Part shown: piece by piece, positions 11,824 through 22,584 of the stretch
Numbering within the stretch: the first letter of the stretch is position 1
Layout of the letters: each line of letters begins with the position of its first letter
Origin: Folioceros fuciformis
Taxonomy: Eukaryota
DNA length: 32,015 bases
Reading direction: 5' to 3'
NCBI GenBank assembly: GCA_049999805.1
Contig: JBNGIO010006337.1
Location: forward strand, 241,200 to 273,214
Program-made: the position numbers and the translations under genes
Notes under the pieces: generated by a model
What the model was told of the DNA's origin: nothing
Databases searched by the model: none
Seen by the model: the letters and a program-made list of their open reading frames with translations, nothing else

Positions 11824-14800
11824 ATGGCTTCAGGAGCCAGCTGCGGTGCCATTCAGTGGCATCTTTCAGCTCCTCCTGGTGTGCTTGACGGAACTGGATG
11901 GTCTGCCACGAGGGCGGTGTCGCAGCAAGAGAGGGCGGTGCCAGTTGTTCGAGGGCAGCATGAGGATGGCTTGACGCTGAGGGCTGGGTGCGGTGCTGCG
12001 CCTGCCTCTTTGCAGAAGTGCATGTTGAATCTGAGAAACTGGGGAAGGAAACATCGCGGAAAAAATCTGCATGTCAATCTGTCTTTACGCAGCACCTCCC
12101 AGTTGTGTAGCAGGGCTTTCTGGTCCCGAAATGCTTTGAGAGCAGGAACAGCACTTTCAAGAGGGGATTTCCGACCACGACAATCTAGTCAGTTGTATTC
12201 TGTTTCGACTCCTCAAGCAGAAAGTGCAGACGTTGCTTTGCAGGAATACCTTGAACTAGTTGCCGCAGCAATGGGCATACAAGACTACGGCTCCGACGAG
12301 CACATGATCCTCACTGGTCTGATAACATGGGTGTGATTGTTTTTTTTTTTTTTTTTTTTTTTCATTTCACGCACGACGGTATCTCCTGGACAGGTGCTGA
12401 AGAGTCTGGCCTTCGTTTTGACAGGAAAGCAATTGACTTGGGGAATGGAAGGTGCGTGGACCATGACTTGGTGCATGGATGGCAGATTTCATGAAAAGTT
12501 TGAGAGCGAGGATTTTACGCATGAGTGGGCATACGATGGCATCCAGGCCTGGTATGCCGATGCAGGCGGTCGAGTGCAGAAGCAGGAACTTGACGGCCAT
12601 GAGGTTAGTCTCAACAATCTCTCTCAAACCCCTAAGCTTCTGTTGAGACACAAGTGGTCTGAACACCTGTGTCCCTATGCTTGGGTTCCCTTCCAACTAT
12701 GGTAAACGGATCACTGGTGTTCTTTGTGTTTGAAAGGTATGTCTGCTAGTTTCATGGAGTCGGATGGGTTACTGGGTAACAGAGGATGCTCGAAAGCGAT
12801 TGGAGATTCAGCTGGTGTCAGGAGAATCAGTCAAGGCGGTAGATTCAGAATTGGTGCTGTCTCTAAGGATGAAAAATAAGAAGGTATGCTTACCGTGATA
12901 TTTTCATTGCTGAATCAGAGTTTCAGGCATTGCAGCTCGAGCAATGCGCAATCTCTGTCCTTGAGGATCCGCTCTGGGACATTTTTGTAGGTGGTTGTAT
13001 TGATGGTAATTGACAAGGGCAGCTGGCTGCCTTCACGAATGACATTACAAGCGTTTGGAGGGAGTGAAAGGTGGAGTTTCTCGGCATGGCAAAACATTTT
13101 GGTGTGTCCACGAGACTGTTGTATATCTGAACAGTAGCTAGGTGGACCATATAGTGATGACCTTCAATGTGGTTCTGCTAATCATTTCCTGACGTGGTAC
13201 TATTGAAAGGACTGAGTTCTATCCAATATGCAGCCAGATCGCAGCTGCAAGCTTCCAACCTCGGGCATACATTTTCCACCTGCCGGAAGAGAAGAAACGT
13301 TTGACGTAGTAAAGGTTGAAGCGGTAAAGGGAAAGAGCTTTGCAAAAACTGGATTTCGGTATTCATATCCTGCGTCCTTGGTGGTTCCACGATACAACCC
13401 TCGATATCCGTGTTCTGGGATAGATAGCTCGTGCTCCAGTTCTATCCGGGTAATCTTGAGTTCCGTTTGTCCCTTTCATCAGGTGAACTTTCCATGACCC
13501 GTAGCTTTGCCCTAACCTTAGTGTTGGCGCAGATGAGAAGCGCCGACTCTGGCCACTTCCTTGTGCAACCTTTGGTTAATGGGAAGTCGATTGGGTACGT
13601 TGTTGTTAGGGACGCAACTTTTCTGCTGCATGGCCTGCATTACTGTCTTACTGCTGAGCGTATGAACGCTTTTTTCGTATAGGTCATTTATCGTAGATAC
13701 TGGGGCAAGTAACTTGGCCATCTCTTCGAAAAAGGTAAACTTCCTGTACATCTTTCATAGTTGCCGGGCTCTGACCGCAATTCTGTCGTAACTTCCTTTC
13801 GTGCTCACTGTTGCCAGGCAGAGGAATTAAATATGGCCAGATTTGGTGAGGTGTATGTCAGTGGTGTGTCTGGGGCGGTGAGTTTGACCTTGCTGGACCG
13901 GCATATTGTGTCTTTTGAGACCTCCTGCAAGCATAACTGGAGTCTTCGCTGCACAGGGTAAAAGTCAATATGCTCGTGGTAAAACATTCAAGCTTGGACC
14001 CTTCAGTATGACGGATCCTGCTTTTCTGGAGGTATATTTGTGGTCAATTGATGTTTCCATATGCAAAAATATTCTCCTGCAGTGCGACTTTGGATCCATC
14101 GTCCATGTTTGTTGTCTCGTCATTATGCATCAATCAAATCTGATGGCCAGTACAGAACATTTACGACAAGCTGATTTTTGTCTCTTTCAATGAAATTGAA
14201 GCTTCCGATAGACGAACTAGTACCGGGAGTGGTGGGTATATGTGGCTACGACGTATTCCTGGGATGCATCGTTGAGATGTCGGTTAAGAACCGTACATTA
14301 TCGTTGTTTGACCCGTTGGAGTACGAAGCTTCACAAGCTAGACAAAAGCTACACTGGCAGGTCTCTTTCTGAGTCAAGCAGTTTGGTCTTGTGAATAGGA
14401 TGCGGATCCTTTGCAGTAGCCACACGTAACCACTGAAACGTTTCAATCCTCTCATCTGTGTGTGCAGAAAATGTTCCTGATTGAGGGCGTACCTCATGCT
14501 GCTGCCAGGATCAACGGTCAGGAAGTTCTGTTGCTCATAGATACAGGCGCAGGGGGGACTGACTTGATGCTTTACAGCGAAGCTGCCAAGCAATTTAACT
14601 TGAGCAAGACAGGGGTCATTCACATCAAGGGGATTAATGCAGTAGGCATGCAGGTATCCCTTTTATGTCCTCCTCGTTTTGGCCTCTGTATCCACGGTCT
14701 GCAGATCACGTGTCCCTAATTGACGGGTTGGGTTGCAGGTTCCTGTCACAGTGGTAGATGTTCTGGAGTTGGCAGGACACACTTTCAGAAAAGTGACGAC

Positions 14801-14951
14801 CTATGCCATTGATGAAAGGGATAAGATGTTTGTATGCTCGCAGTATTGCGCGGGCATGCTTGGTGGGAGGATACTACAAAACTTTCTTATGGTATTCGAC
14901 TACTCCAAGGGCCGTATGGCTCTGGTTGATGAAAGGACCACCAAAAGTTGA
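11824..14951 (+). CDS. Aspartyl protease family protein with two tandem retropepsin-like (bacterial-type, clan AA) domains and a probable N-terminal organellar transit peptide; ~12 exons
   Basis: Spliced product contains GHFLVQPLVNGKSIG|SFIVDTGASNLAIS (Asp codon 13696), VVGICGYDVF, GVPHAAARINGQEVLLLIDTGAGG (Asp codon 14540) and GMLGGRILQNFLMVFDYSKGRMAL. That is two DTGA plus hydrophobic-hydrophobic-Gly motif pairs. Exons join in phase at GT-AG sites (e.g. introns 12317-12424 and 14654-14738). The N-terminal ~130 aa is rich in Ser/Arg/Ala and poor in acidic residues. Confidence 0.85.
12340..12362 (+). repeat. Poly(T) mononucleotide run in intron 1 of the protease gene
   Basis: About 23 consecutive T. 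Confidence 0.95.
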
Positions 14952-15670
14952 AAAGCAGCAGTTCTTTGCGATGCCATGCCGGTATAGCGGCCGAGCGCGG
15001 TGTTCTTAAGAATTGTTTGAACACCATTCCAGTTCTTGAGCCTCACCCTGGTCCATCCTCGACGTCCAGTTTCGTTACCCAGGATATAAAGAACGTCGCA
15101 CATTATGGACAGGGAGGCATAGTATAGACAAAGTCGCACATTATAAACAAGGTGGCACAATATAGACAAAGCGAAGGATTTTGGGCTCCGCCTCCAACCA
15201 TACAAACAGAAGCCTGCATATGCCTGCACGTAAACCAAACTGCCTCCAGTGAGCCAGAATGAGGAAGGACCTCTTCGATTGTCGTCGAACTGGAAGCTTC
15301 CCTTGTAGTCGAAGGCCAGAGCACATGCTTGCGCGCTCCAATCTGCCCCACACCCACATCTTCTCAGGAACATGCATCATTCCTCCACTGGAATGGCAAA
15401 TGTATAACGAGCTGGGTGCGAACACCAAGGTCGTTATACATGAAGATAAGGCCGGTTCCAACCTCGTGAAAAATTCATTATAAGTGCTCCGGACCAACTC
15501 TTCGACCTCAGAAGTAAAGCCGTAGTCCACGCAAAAGTTTTGAGGCTCTCTCCAAGATCAAAATTATGTACATGCTCCGTGTACTGATCCATGCTGCCGG
15601 GAGATAGTCCAGTTGACACATCATTCAGCAGCTTGTGATGGAGAACACCAGTTTGGAACACTTGCTCACA

Positions 15671-17857
15671 CTAGCTGCCAATGCGGCACTTCATCTCCTG
15701 AAAGACCCTGGATGCATCATTCAGTCTGCTGGCTTTCTCGTACACACTGACCATCGTTAAGTAGAGGTCCTTCTCGGAGACACCCCCCTGAACTTTCAAC
15801 TTCTCGAACGCTCTCTCAGCGGCCTTGATCTCACCCGCACTGCCGTACATTTGCATCATCTTCCAATGCACTTCATCGTAGAAGATTACTCCCTCGTTCT
15901 GTAAGTCCAGGTAAAACTTCTCAGCTTCAGCCAAAAGCCGAAGTTGCCCATAGGCTGTTAAGAGAAGAAGACATGTCTCGGAGTCTGGAAGAATCCTTTT
16001 CTCCTTCATCCTGTCATACACTTTGATAGCATGTGTGCCCCTTTTGGCCCTAACAAACAGAGCAATCATAGCCTTATATACTGATGCATCCTTCACGTCT
16101 CCAGTTGCATCAGCTCTCCAGAACAGTCGGGCCGCTTCCTCTGTCTTTCCAGCCTTGGCAAGGACATTAATTGCTGTGTCTCGTGATGCGCTGCTAGGCA
16201 GCTTGAGCTCATGCAACAACCGCTTGGCGTGCCCCATCAGACCAGCTTTTTCATACACAACCACCATGGACTGATACAGAATCTCGTCCATCGGAAAGCC
16301 CTTTGCTCGAAGCGCTTGGAATAAGTTTGCTGCTTTTTGAAACTTTCCTGCTTTCCCATATATGGATATCAAGGTCGAGTAAGTCACAGCATCTGGTGGA
16401 ACCCCACGCTCCTCCATTTCGATGATCAATTTCGCAGCTTTCTCATGCTCATGTGTGACACCATATAGCCTGATCATTGTGTTGTACGTAATGACCGTCG
16501 GACGAACATCTTTCTTTTGCATCAACCGGAACAGGTAGATGGCATCTGAGAAGGCTTGAAACTCTGTATACACCTTGATCATTATGTTGAAGGTGACGAC
16601 ATTGGGGAACAAGCCCTTGTCCGTCAATCCCCAAAACAAATCTTCGGCTTCTCTTAGCAGTCCCAATCTCCCGAAGATATCAATCATCAAATTGCAGGTT
16701 TTCAGGTCCAGGTGACAGCCTTTGGCCTTCATTTCTCGGAACACCTCCTGAGCCTCAAACAGCTTGTCAGACTCTGCGTACGCATCAATCAGAGTGCTGT
16801 AGCTCACTGTGTCGGGGGAGAGACCCGCGGCCCTCATTTCCGCCAGCAACCCCTCAGCCTCTCTAAACAAGTTTGCCTTGCCAAACATGTTAATCATCGT
16901 GTTGAACACTACCCTATCGGGTTTGATCCCAGAGGCCTTCAATTTGGAGAAAAGCGAAACAGCCCGAATGTAATCCTTCGACCTCCCCGCAAGATCGATG
17001 AGAGTACTAAATATGACAAGGTCTGGTGGGACACCCTTTTCCTGCATCACGTGGAACCAACCCAAAGCCGACTCAAACTTGCCAGCCTTTCCAAAGGCGC
17101 TGATGATAGTTGCATAAGTGAACTTGTCCGGCGTGACACCTCTTCTGGTCATCTCAGCCACTAGGCCCTCCCCCAGTGCCCACTGCCCGGCCTTGAGCAC
17201 GTTCCTCAACACAATGTTGTAAGCATAGATGGACGGACGAACGTCCCCCTTCTCCATCATCCAGTCATGTAGAGCAAGCGACCGCTGCCAATCGCTCTCC
17301 TTGCTCAGCAGAGACATCATAAGTCTGTACGAGATTCTCCCCTTCCACTCCACCATAACATCCTCCAATTCCCGCGCATTACCTGTCTCCTTCAGAGAAC
17401 CCAGAATGTCGTCGATGTTCACCAGATGGTCCGGCTGGGCAGCCTCTCCCTGAGAAAGCAGCATCTGCCCCATCCGAGACCCGGTTGACACCGCATTGCT
17501 CAAGGACGAGCATCTGGACAAGCTGTACTTCCATTTCCGCGAGGGAAGCTGAACCAAACCCAACTTCTCCGTAATCCCGGAGTGCATAGGCAACACTCTT
17601 CCATGACCATGACAGTCCTTGGAGTTCCCAGAAGCAAGACGCGTGAAGCAGGTGGCCTGACCGAGCAGAACGGACCTGGGAAAGCAGGACACCTTCACGC
17701 CCGCCCCACTGTCCAAATACCGTTCATTCACTCGCGTCTGACGCAGCCTGCGAAAGCGCGTCCGCCATGGAGCCACCGGTAGCTGCACAGTCGACAGAGC
17801 GGCTCCCGGCAGGCGAGCAGAGCAGGAATGGGGACAGGTGCAGGGAACCTGCTCCAT
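15671..17857 (-). CDS. PDM3: P-class pentatricopeptide repeat protein, chloroplastic; At5g39980/PDM3-like; intronless, 728 aa
   Basis: Tandem 35-aa repeats (YNIVL..., PDKFTYATII..., PDTVSYSTLI..., PNVVTFNIMI...). Diagnostic segments shared with At5g39980 as I recall it: SLLS..DWQRSLAL.DW, KTCN.MID..G, EHEKA..L..EM, GLMGHAKRLLHELKLP, LAKAG.TEEA, DEVH..M, LNDASRV. Ser/Arg-rich transit-like N-terminus. An in-frame stop lies 12 codons upstream of the ATG. Confidence 0.9.
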   Translation of the reverse strand: MEQVPCTCPHSCSARLPGAALSTVQLPVAPWRTRFRRLRQTRVNERYLDSGAGVKVSCFPRSVLLGQATCFTRLASGNSKDCHGHGRVLPMHSGITEKLGLVQLPSRKWKYSLSRCSSLSNAVSTGSRMGQMLLSQGEAAQPDHLVNIDDILGSLKETGNARELEDVMVEWKGRISYRLMMSLLSKESDWQRSLALHDWMMEKGDVRPSIYAYNIVLRNVLKAGQWALGEGLVAEMTRRGVTPDKFTYATIISAFGKAGKFESALGWFHVMQEKGVPPDLVIFSTLIDLAGRSKDYIRAVSLFSKLKASGIKPDRVVFNTMINMFGKANLFREAEGLLAEMRAAGLSPDTVSYSTLIDAYAESDKLFEAQEVFREMKAKGCHLDLKTCNLMIDIFGRLGLLREAEDLFWGLTDKGLFPNVVTFNIMIKVYTEFQAFSDAIYLFRLMQKKDVRPTVITYNTMIRLYGVTHEHEKAAKLIIEMEERGVPPDAVTYSTLISIYGKAGKFQKAANLFQALRAKGFPMDEILYQSMVVVYEKAGLMGHAKRLLHELKLPSSASRDTAINVLAKAGKTEEAARLFWRADATGDVKDASVYKAMIALFVRAKRGTHAIKVYDRMKEKRILPDSETCLLLLTAYGQLRLLAEAEKFYLDLQNEGVIFYDEVHWKMMQMYGSAGEIKAAERAFEKLKVQGGVSEKDLYLTMVSVYEKASRLNDASRVFQEMKCRIGS

Positions 17858-18280
17858 GGCTCCACAATCAGTGTCTTCTCCACCTTCTGGCTACGAGCAT
17901 TTTGACGCATGGCAGCGGGAGCAGCAAAGGGAATGGCGGACCCAAGCTCTCCGGTACACAGCTGGCGCAGGCATTGCGGACCTGAGCCCCTCTGGAGGCT
18001 GTGAACTGCTAAGCATTATCCCATACTGCGGCCCGAGGCAATGGCCAGCAGAACATGAGCTCCTCCGTACCTTGCGTGAGCTGAACCTCAAGTTGGTCTG
18101 GCATGGAGGCCACGGACCCCACGCCACGGCAAACGGCCATCTCGCAAGGCAGTTATGGACGATCTCGCAGGGACCCATTCCATCCAACAGCTGAGATGAA
18201 GTGGCAGGTGGGTGTCCCGATTCTCGAGGATCAACCACCGGTTCTCCAAGTCTGGAAATCATGAAGCTTGCTTTACAGAG

Positions 18281-18310
18281 GGGTTTAGGGTTTAAGCTAT
18301 GTCCCGCCAC
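18281..18310. promoter_or_regulatory. Telo-box-like element (GGGTTTAGGGTTTA) and E2F-like TCCCGCC motif in the divergent PPR/MRE11 promoter
   Basis: Two plant telomere units at 18281-18294 (AAACCCTA on the minus strand) and TGTCCCGCC at ~18300-18308, about 100 bp upstream of the MRE11 ATG. Confidence 0.45.
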
Positions 18311-18393
18311 AGCGGGTTTCGATTTTTGAGGACGCTGTGTACGTAGTTGGTGGAGAGGATCGATCGGTGGAATTCTCCGGTCTGGTCAGCAGC

Positions 18394-21300
18394 ATGACCA
18401 TGTAAGTGCACCTCCTTGCTTCTTCTTGGAACGGGTGAAGGAGCATAGGAGTGATTGTGGAGTTCGGGTTTGCAGAGGAGATGCCGACCCCGACACTTTG
18501 CGCGTGCTGATTTCCACGGATACGCACCTTGGATTTATGGAGAAAGATGAGATCCGAGGGAGCGATTCATTCAATGCGTTCGATGAGATTTGTTCGATAG
18601 CTATTGAGCAGCAGGTGATCAGGGATTATACAGGATGGCTGCAGCTGGCACTTCCAAGTTTTTCATCAGCAGTACTGAAGTGCAGCTGGCTGCCTATCTC
18701 TGAACAGGTGGATTTCGTGCTCTTTGGTGGGGATTTGTTTCATGAGAACAAGCCTTCGCGGTCGACTTTGGTCAGGACAATTGAAATTCTGCGCCGATAC
18801 TGCCTTAGTGACCGGCCAGTGCAATTTGAGGTCGTCAGTGATCAAAGTGTGAACTTCCCTAACAAGTAAGAACTTCCTCGCTCGAGGACGGACGGGTTGA
18901 ATGGCATCACTAAGGTTGCAAGCTGTGGATTGCCTTCAGATGATGTGGTGTCTTGTTCTCCAGGTTTGGCCTCGTGAACTATGAGGATCCCAACTTCAAA
19001 GTGGGCCTGCCTGTATTTATCATTCACGGAAATCACGATGATCCTGCAGGAGTGGTACGTTTGCCCTGAGACCAGCAGGCCGGCCCTATGCAAACTTCGG
19101 CGTGCAATTCTGACTGTGGTCACGCGAGTCTTTCCTTGCAGGACAACCTTTCGTCTCTCGACATTCTATCTGCATCAAATCTTCTAAACTACTTTGGAAA
19201 AGTCGGACTTAGTGGGTCTGGCGTCGGTCAAATCACCCTTCATCCTATCCTCATACGCAAGGTTGCTTGCATACCTCGTATGAAGGACTTGTGAGATGGC
19301 CCTGTGTGTTTGATGCCTCAGAAAATTCATGTGGCTTCGCCTGGGTCGTTGCTGTCAGGGAGCTACAAATGTTGCACTCTATGGGCTTGGAAACATTCGA
19401 GACGAGCGACTGAACCGCATGTTTCAGGTGTGTAGTCCACAAAATTGTCTCCAGGAACATGGTGAACCGTTTTTTAGCTCGTTTCTGAGCACGGCTTCGT
19501 TGCCCAGACACCTCATGCAGTGGAGTGGATCCGTCCAGAAAAGCAAGAAGACTCGGACTGGTTCAACATATTTGTTCTGCATCAAAACAGGTATTGTGGA
19601 ACAATTACTGTCGTTCCCTTCTATGTGTCCTGTCCCACATGAACTGAGACGTCTTGGTTAAACTGTGACTTGCAGGGTAAAAAGTAACCCGAAGAATGCC
19701 ATCAATGAGAGTTTCCTTGCGGGATTCTTGGACTTCGTGATTTGGGGTCATGAGCACGAGTGCCTTGTAGAACCTCAGGTAATGCGTCTTGCATTTTCGA
19801 ATGCCTTGGTTGCAGGATTGATGTGACACAGAGCTTCTTGCAGGAAGTTGCTGGTATGGGTTTCCACATCACGCAGCCCGGGTCATCTGTTGCAACAGCC
19901 TTAACGGATGGTGAAGCGAAACCAAAGCATGTTCTGCTTGTAGAAATAAAGGTGTGTCCTGGCTGTTGGAGTGTGTCTGCACTAGTATGTTAAGTGCGAC
20001 TATCCGTTTGGAGGAGATTCGTAAACGGATTTTCACAGCTCCCATTTTCGTGCAGGGGAATCAATATCGACCTACCAAGATTCCATTGCAGTCAGTTAGA
20101 CCTTTTGAGTTTACAGAGGTGAGGCGAACTTCCGTTGGGCTCCTTCTGCAACAGTGACAGCCGTCTTTTCCCTTTGCTATCTGCCTTCTGAGTGCCTGGG
20201 GGGTCGGCTCTGGAGCAGGTGTCATTGAAGGATGATCCAGATCTTGATCCAAATGATCCTGTCCAAGTTGCTGAATTTCTTGGGAACGTGGTGAACTGCT
20301 GTACACTGAAGCCCCTATCGTTCTCTTGTGGTAGTTTAGGGAATTCGTTCGTATCGAATGTAAGACTTGTGGTATACCAGGTTCAAGAATCTATAGCTCG
20401 GGCCAGTGCGAAGGTTGTGAAGACGGAGCTAATGATGCCACTTGTGCGAATCAAGGCAGGATTCCTTTTTGTTCTCCTGCTTTTTCATCGAGTCTGGTGG
20501 AAGAACGTTAAATGGCCGTAATATTCTTAACGCTGTGCCCGTCTCTCCTTGCAGGTAGATTATACAGGATATTCAACCATAAATCCCCAAAGATTTGGCC
20601 AAAAGTTTGTGGGTAAGGTATGTTCCTTCTGACATGCTGTTTTCTTGCAGTAATCAAAAGAAGGGCTCATGTCGGATATTTTTTTACATTGTGGAAACAG
20701 GTTGCGAATCCGCATGATATTTTGTTGTTTACAAAACAAGCCAAGAAGCGCCAAACTGTCCAAGGTCGGGGCTTGCTCTCTTATTCCATCGAGTGTTGTG
20801 GTGCTTTCTTGTTTAACCAGAAGCTATCTATGTCTAGAGTATGACCTCGGCTGAAACTGTAGGCTACTGGACAGATTTTGTTCCAGAAACCAGTCTTCGT
20901 AGCTGTCCAATGTAAGAGTTTGACGTACATGCTTGGGTGCCACAGAAAAGCAAGATAAGGAGATGCTGCCTCCAGAGGAATTGAACCAGCAAAATATTGA
21001 AGCTTTGTTGGCTGAGAGCAATTTGGTAATCAATGTGTTGACCATGACGTTCACATTCTATGTCGAGACCAACGAATTTCACTGTTTTTCTCTCATTCTG
21101 AGCATTGCTTCCTCCGTTTTCTCATGTTGCTGACTTGTTGTAGCCTGGTTAAACTGTTGCAGAAGATGGAGATTCTTCCAGTAAATGATCTGGCTATGGC
21201 ACTGCACGATTTTGTCAACAAAGATGACAAGCAGGCATTCGTTTCTTGTGTTCAGCAAACTCTTGAAGACACTCGGGTGAGTAAGTGTTCCCTCTGCCGT

Positions 21301-22584
21301 GTGAAATTTGTGGACAGGAGACATCCAACGGGCTGGCACTGTCGTGTTCATTGTCCAGACCAAGCTTGTTGAAGACGGATCGCAGGATCTTCTTGAGGAA
21401 CCAAATCTTGTTGCCAAAATCAGTGAGCACATGGTGGTAAGTACATGCCCTGCAATTGTTTCCACCTTTTTTTTGAAACGTAATATCGGTGCGGACTCAA
21501 GTAGACGTTCCTCTGCACGTATGAGAGTTCAGCGTCGGGAAGCCGATCGAGAAGCTAGAAAAATTACAGGCGCCGGGCCATCTACTTCAGGGCGCACTGA
21601 AGCATCAGCTGGTCGACAGGTAGCATTCCAGCGGCTAACTATTTAGAATTTGTATCAGCTCTTGTTACTTGCGTGACCTGATCGTCTGGCACGCAGACAG
21701 CAGCAGGCCGAGGCAGATCCGCAAGAAGCTCACAGCTAACTGCAGACGACGACGATGACGACTTTGGAGCGGATCCAACCCCAGCGCCTTCTGCCCCTGG
21801 CAGAGGCAGAAGGCCGTCATCAAGGGGAGTGGCTGCGACTCTCCGAGGCAGGGGACGAGGAGGACGAGCCTCGAAGCAGACAACCCTGGACTTCGCTCCT
21901 CGAGCTCGCCCTTCTCAAAGGTAGTTCAATTACAATTTGAGCACAGAAGCCAGCTGCTGAAACTGATGCACTCTGTACCATCTCTCTGTTCCGGACCAGG
22001 GCTGCATCCGCCGCAGCTAGATCAGCAATGCAGGAACTGAGCGACGACGAGCATGGGGACGAAGGTGCCAGCGATGACGACGAGGCGCTGAAGGACGTGG
22101 AGCAAGTGGAGGACAGCGAGGAAGTACGTGCATTGTGGTGAGTCAGGATAATCCATATCCTGTTCTTTGCTGACATGTGCTGGTGTGACATCTTCAGGAG
22201 ATACCGGAAAGCCCTAAGGCTTCGAGAGGGAAGAAAAGAGCTGCGCCGGCGAGAGGCAGAGGCCGGGGATCCTCAGCTTCAACTCCAGNNNNNNNNNNNN
22301 NNNNNNNNNNNNNNNNNNNNNNNNNNNNNNNNNNNNNNNNNNNNNNNNNNNNNNNNNNNNNNNNNNNNNNNNNNNNNNNNNNNNNNNNGCGCGGAGCAGC
22401 TACATCGACGACGATGTAGACGAGGACGACGAGGACGCCCCGCCCGCCGCGTCTAAGGTAACATGTCCCATCCGATCTTTGCGCCGGCAGCACCTTCCAC
22501 TGATGGCAACGCTCTTCTCACGACGAGGGGTGCAATGGTTAACAGGTGCCAGCGCGGAGAAACTGGGGCTCCATTCGAAAGTAG
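18394..22584 (+). CDS. MRE11: Double-strand break repair nuclease MRE11, multi-exon
   Basis: 8-nt first coding exon ATGACCAT|GTAAG, then [97 protein letters not shown], a Gly/Arg-rich GAR-like segment (RGRGRGGR) and an acidic tail. Last exon 22546-22584 [12 protein letters not shown]. The gap at 22289-22388 interrupts the 3' part. Confidence 0.97.
20456..20554 (+). other. GC-AG intron in MRE11
   Basis: The conserved [21 protein letters not shown] junction only forms with donor AAG|GCAGGA at 20456 and acceptor TTGCAG at 20554. Confidence 0.85.
22289..22388. other. Assembly gap (100 N) within the MRE11 3' region
   Basis: Run of N. Confidence 0.99.

Noticed and set aside
13366-13410. ATATCCTG / ATATCCGT as U12 AT-AC donors in the protease gene
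   Set aside because: Both lie within an open exon that splices in phase at a normal GT donor (13450), and no matching U12 branch point plus AC was found.
13683-14951. LTR-retrotransposon gag-pol protease
   Set aside because: The DTG domains are split by many spliceosomal introns and duplicated in tandem, with no gag, RT, RNase H, integrase or LTRs nearby.
15671-17857. PPR as an RNA-editing (PLS/DYW) factor
   Set aside because: Repeats are uniform 35-aa P-type, with no E/E+/DYW domain or HxE..CxxC motif at the C-terminus.
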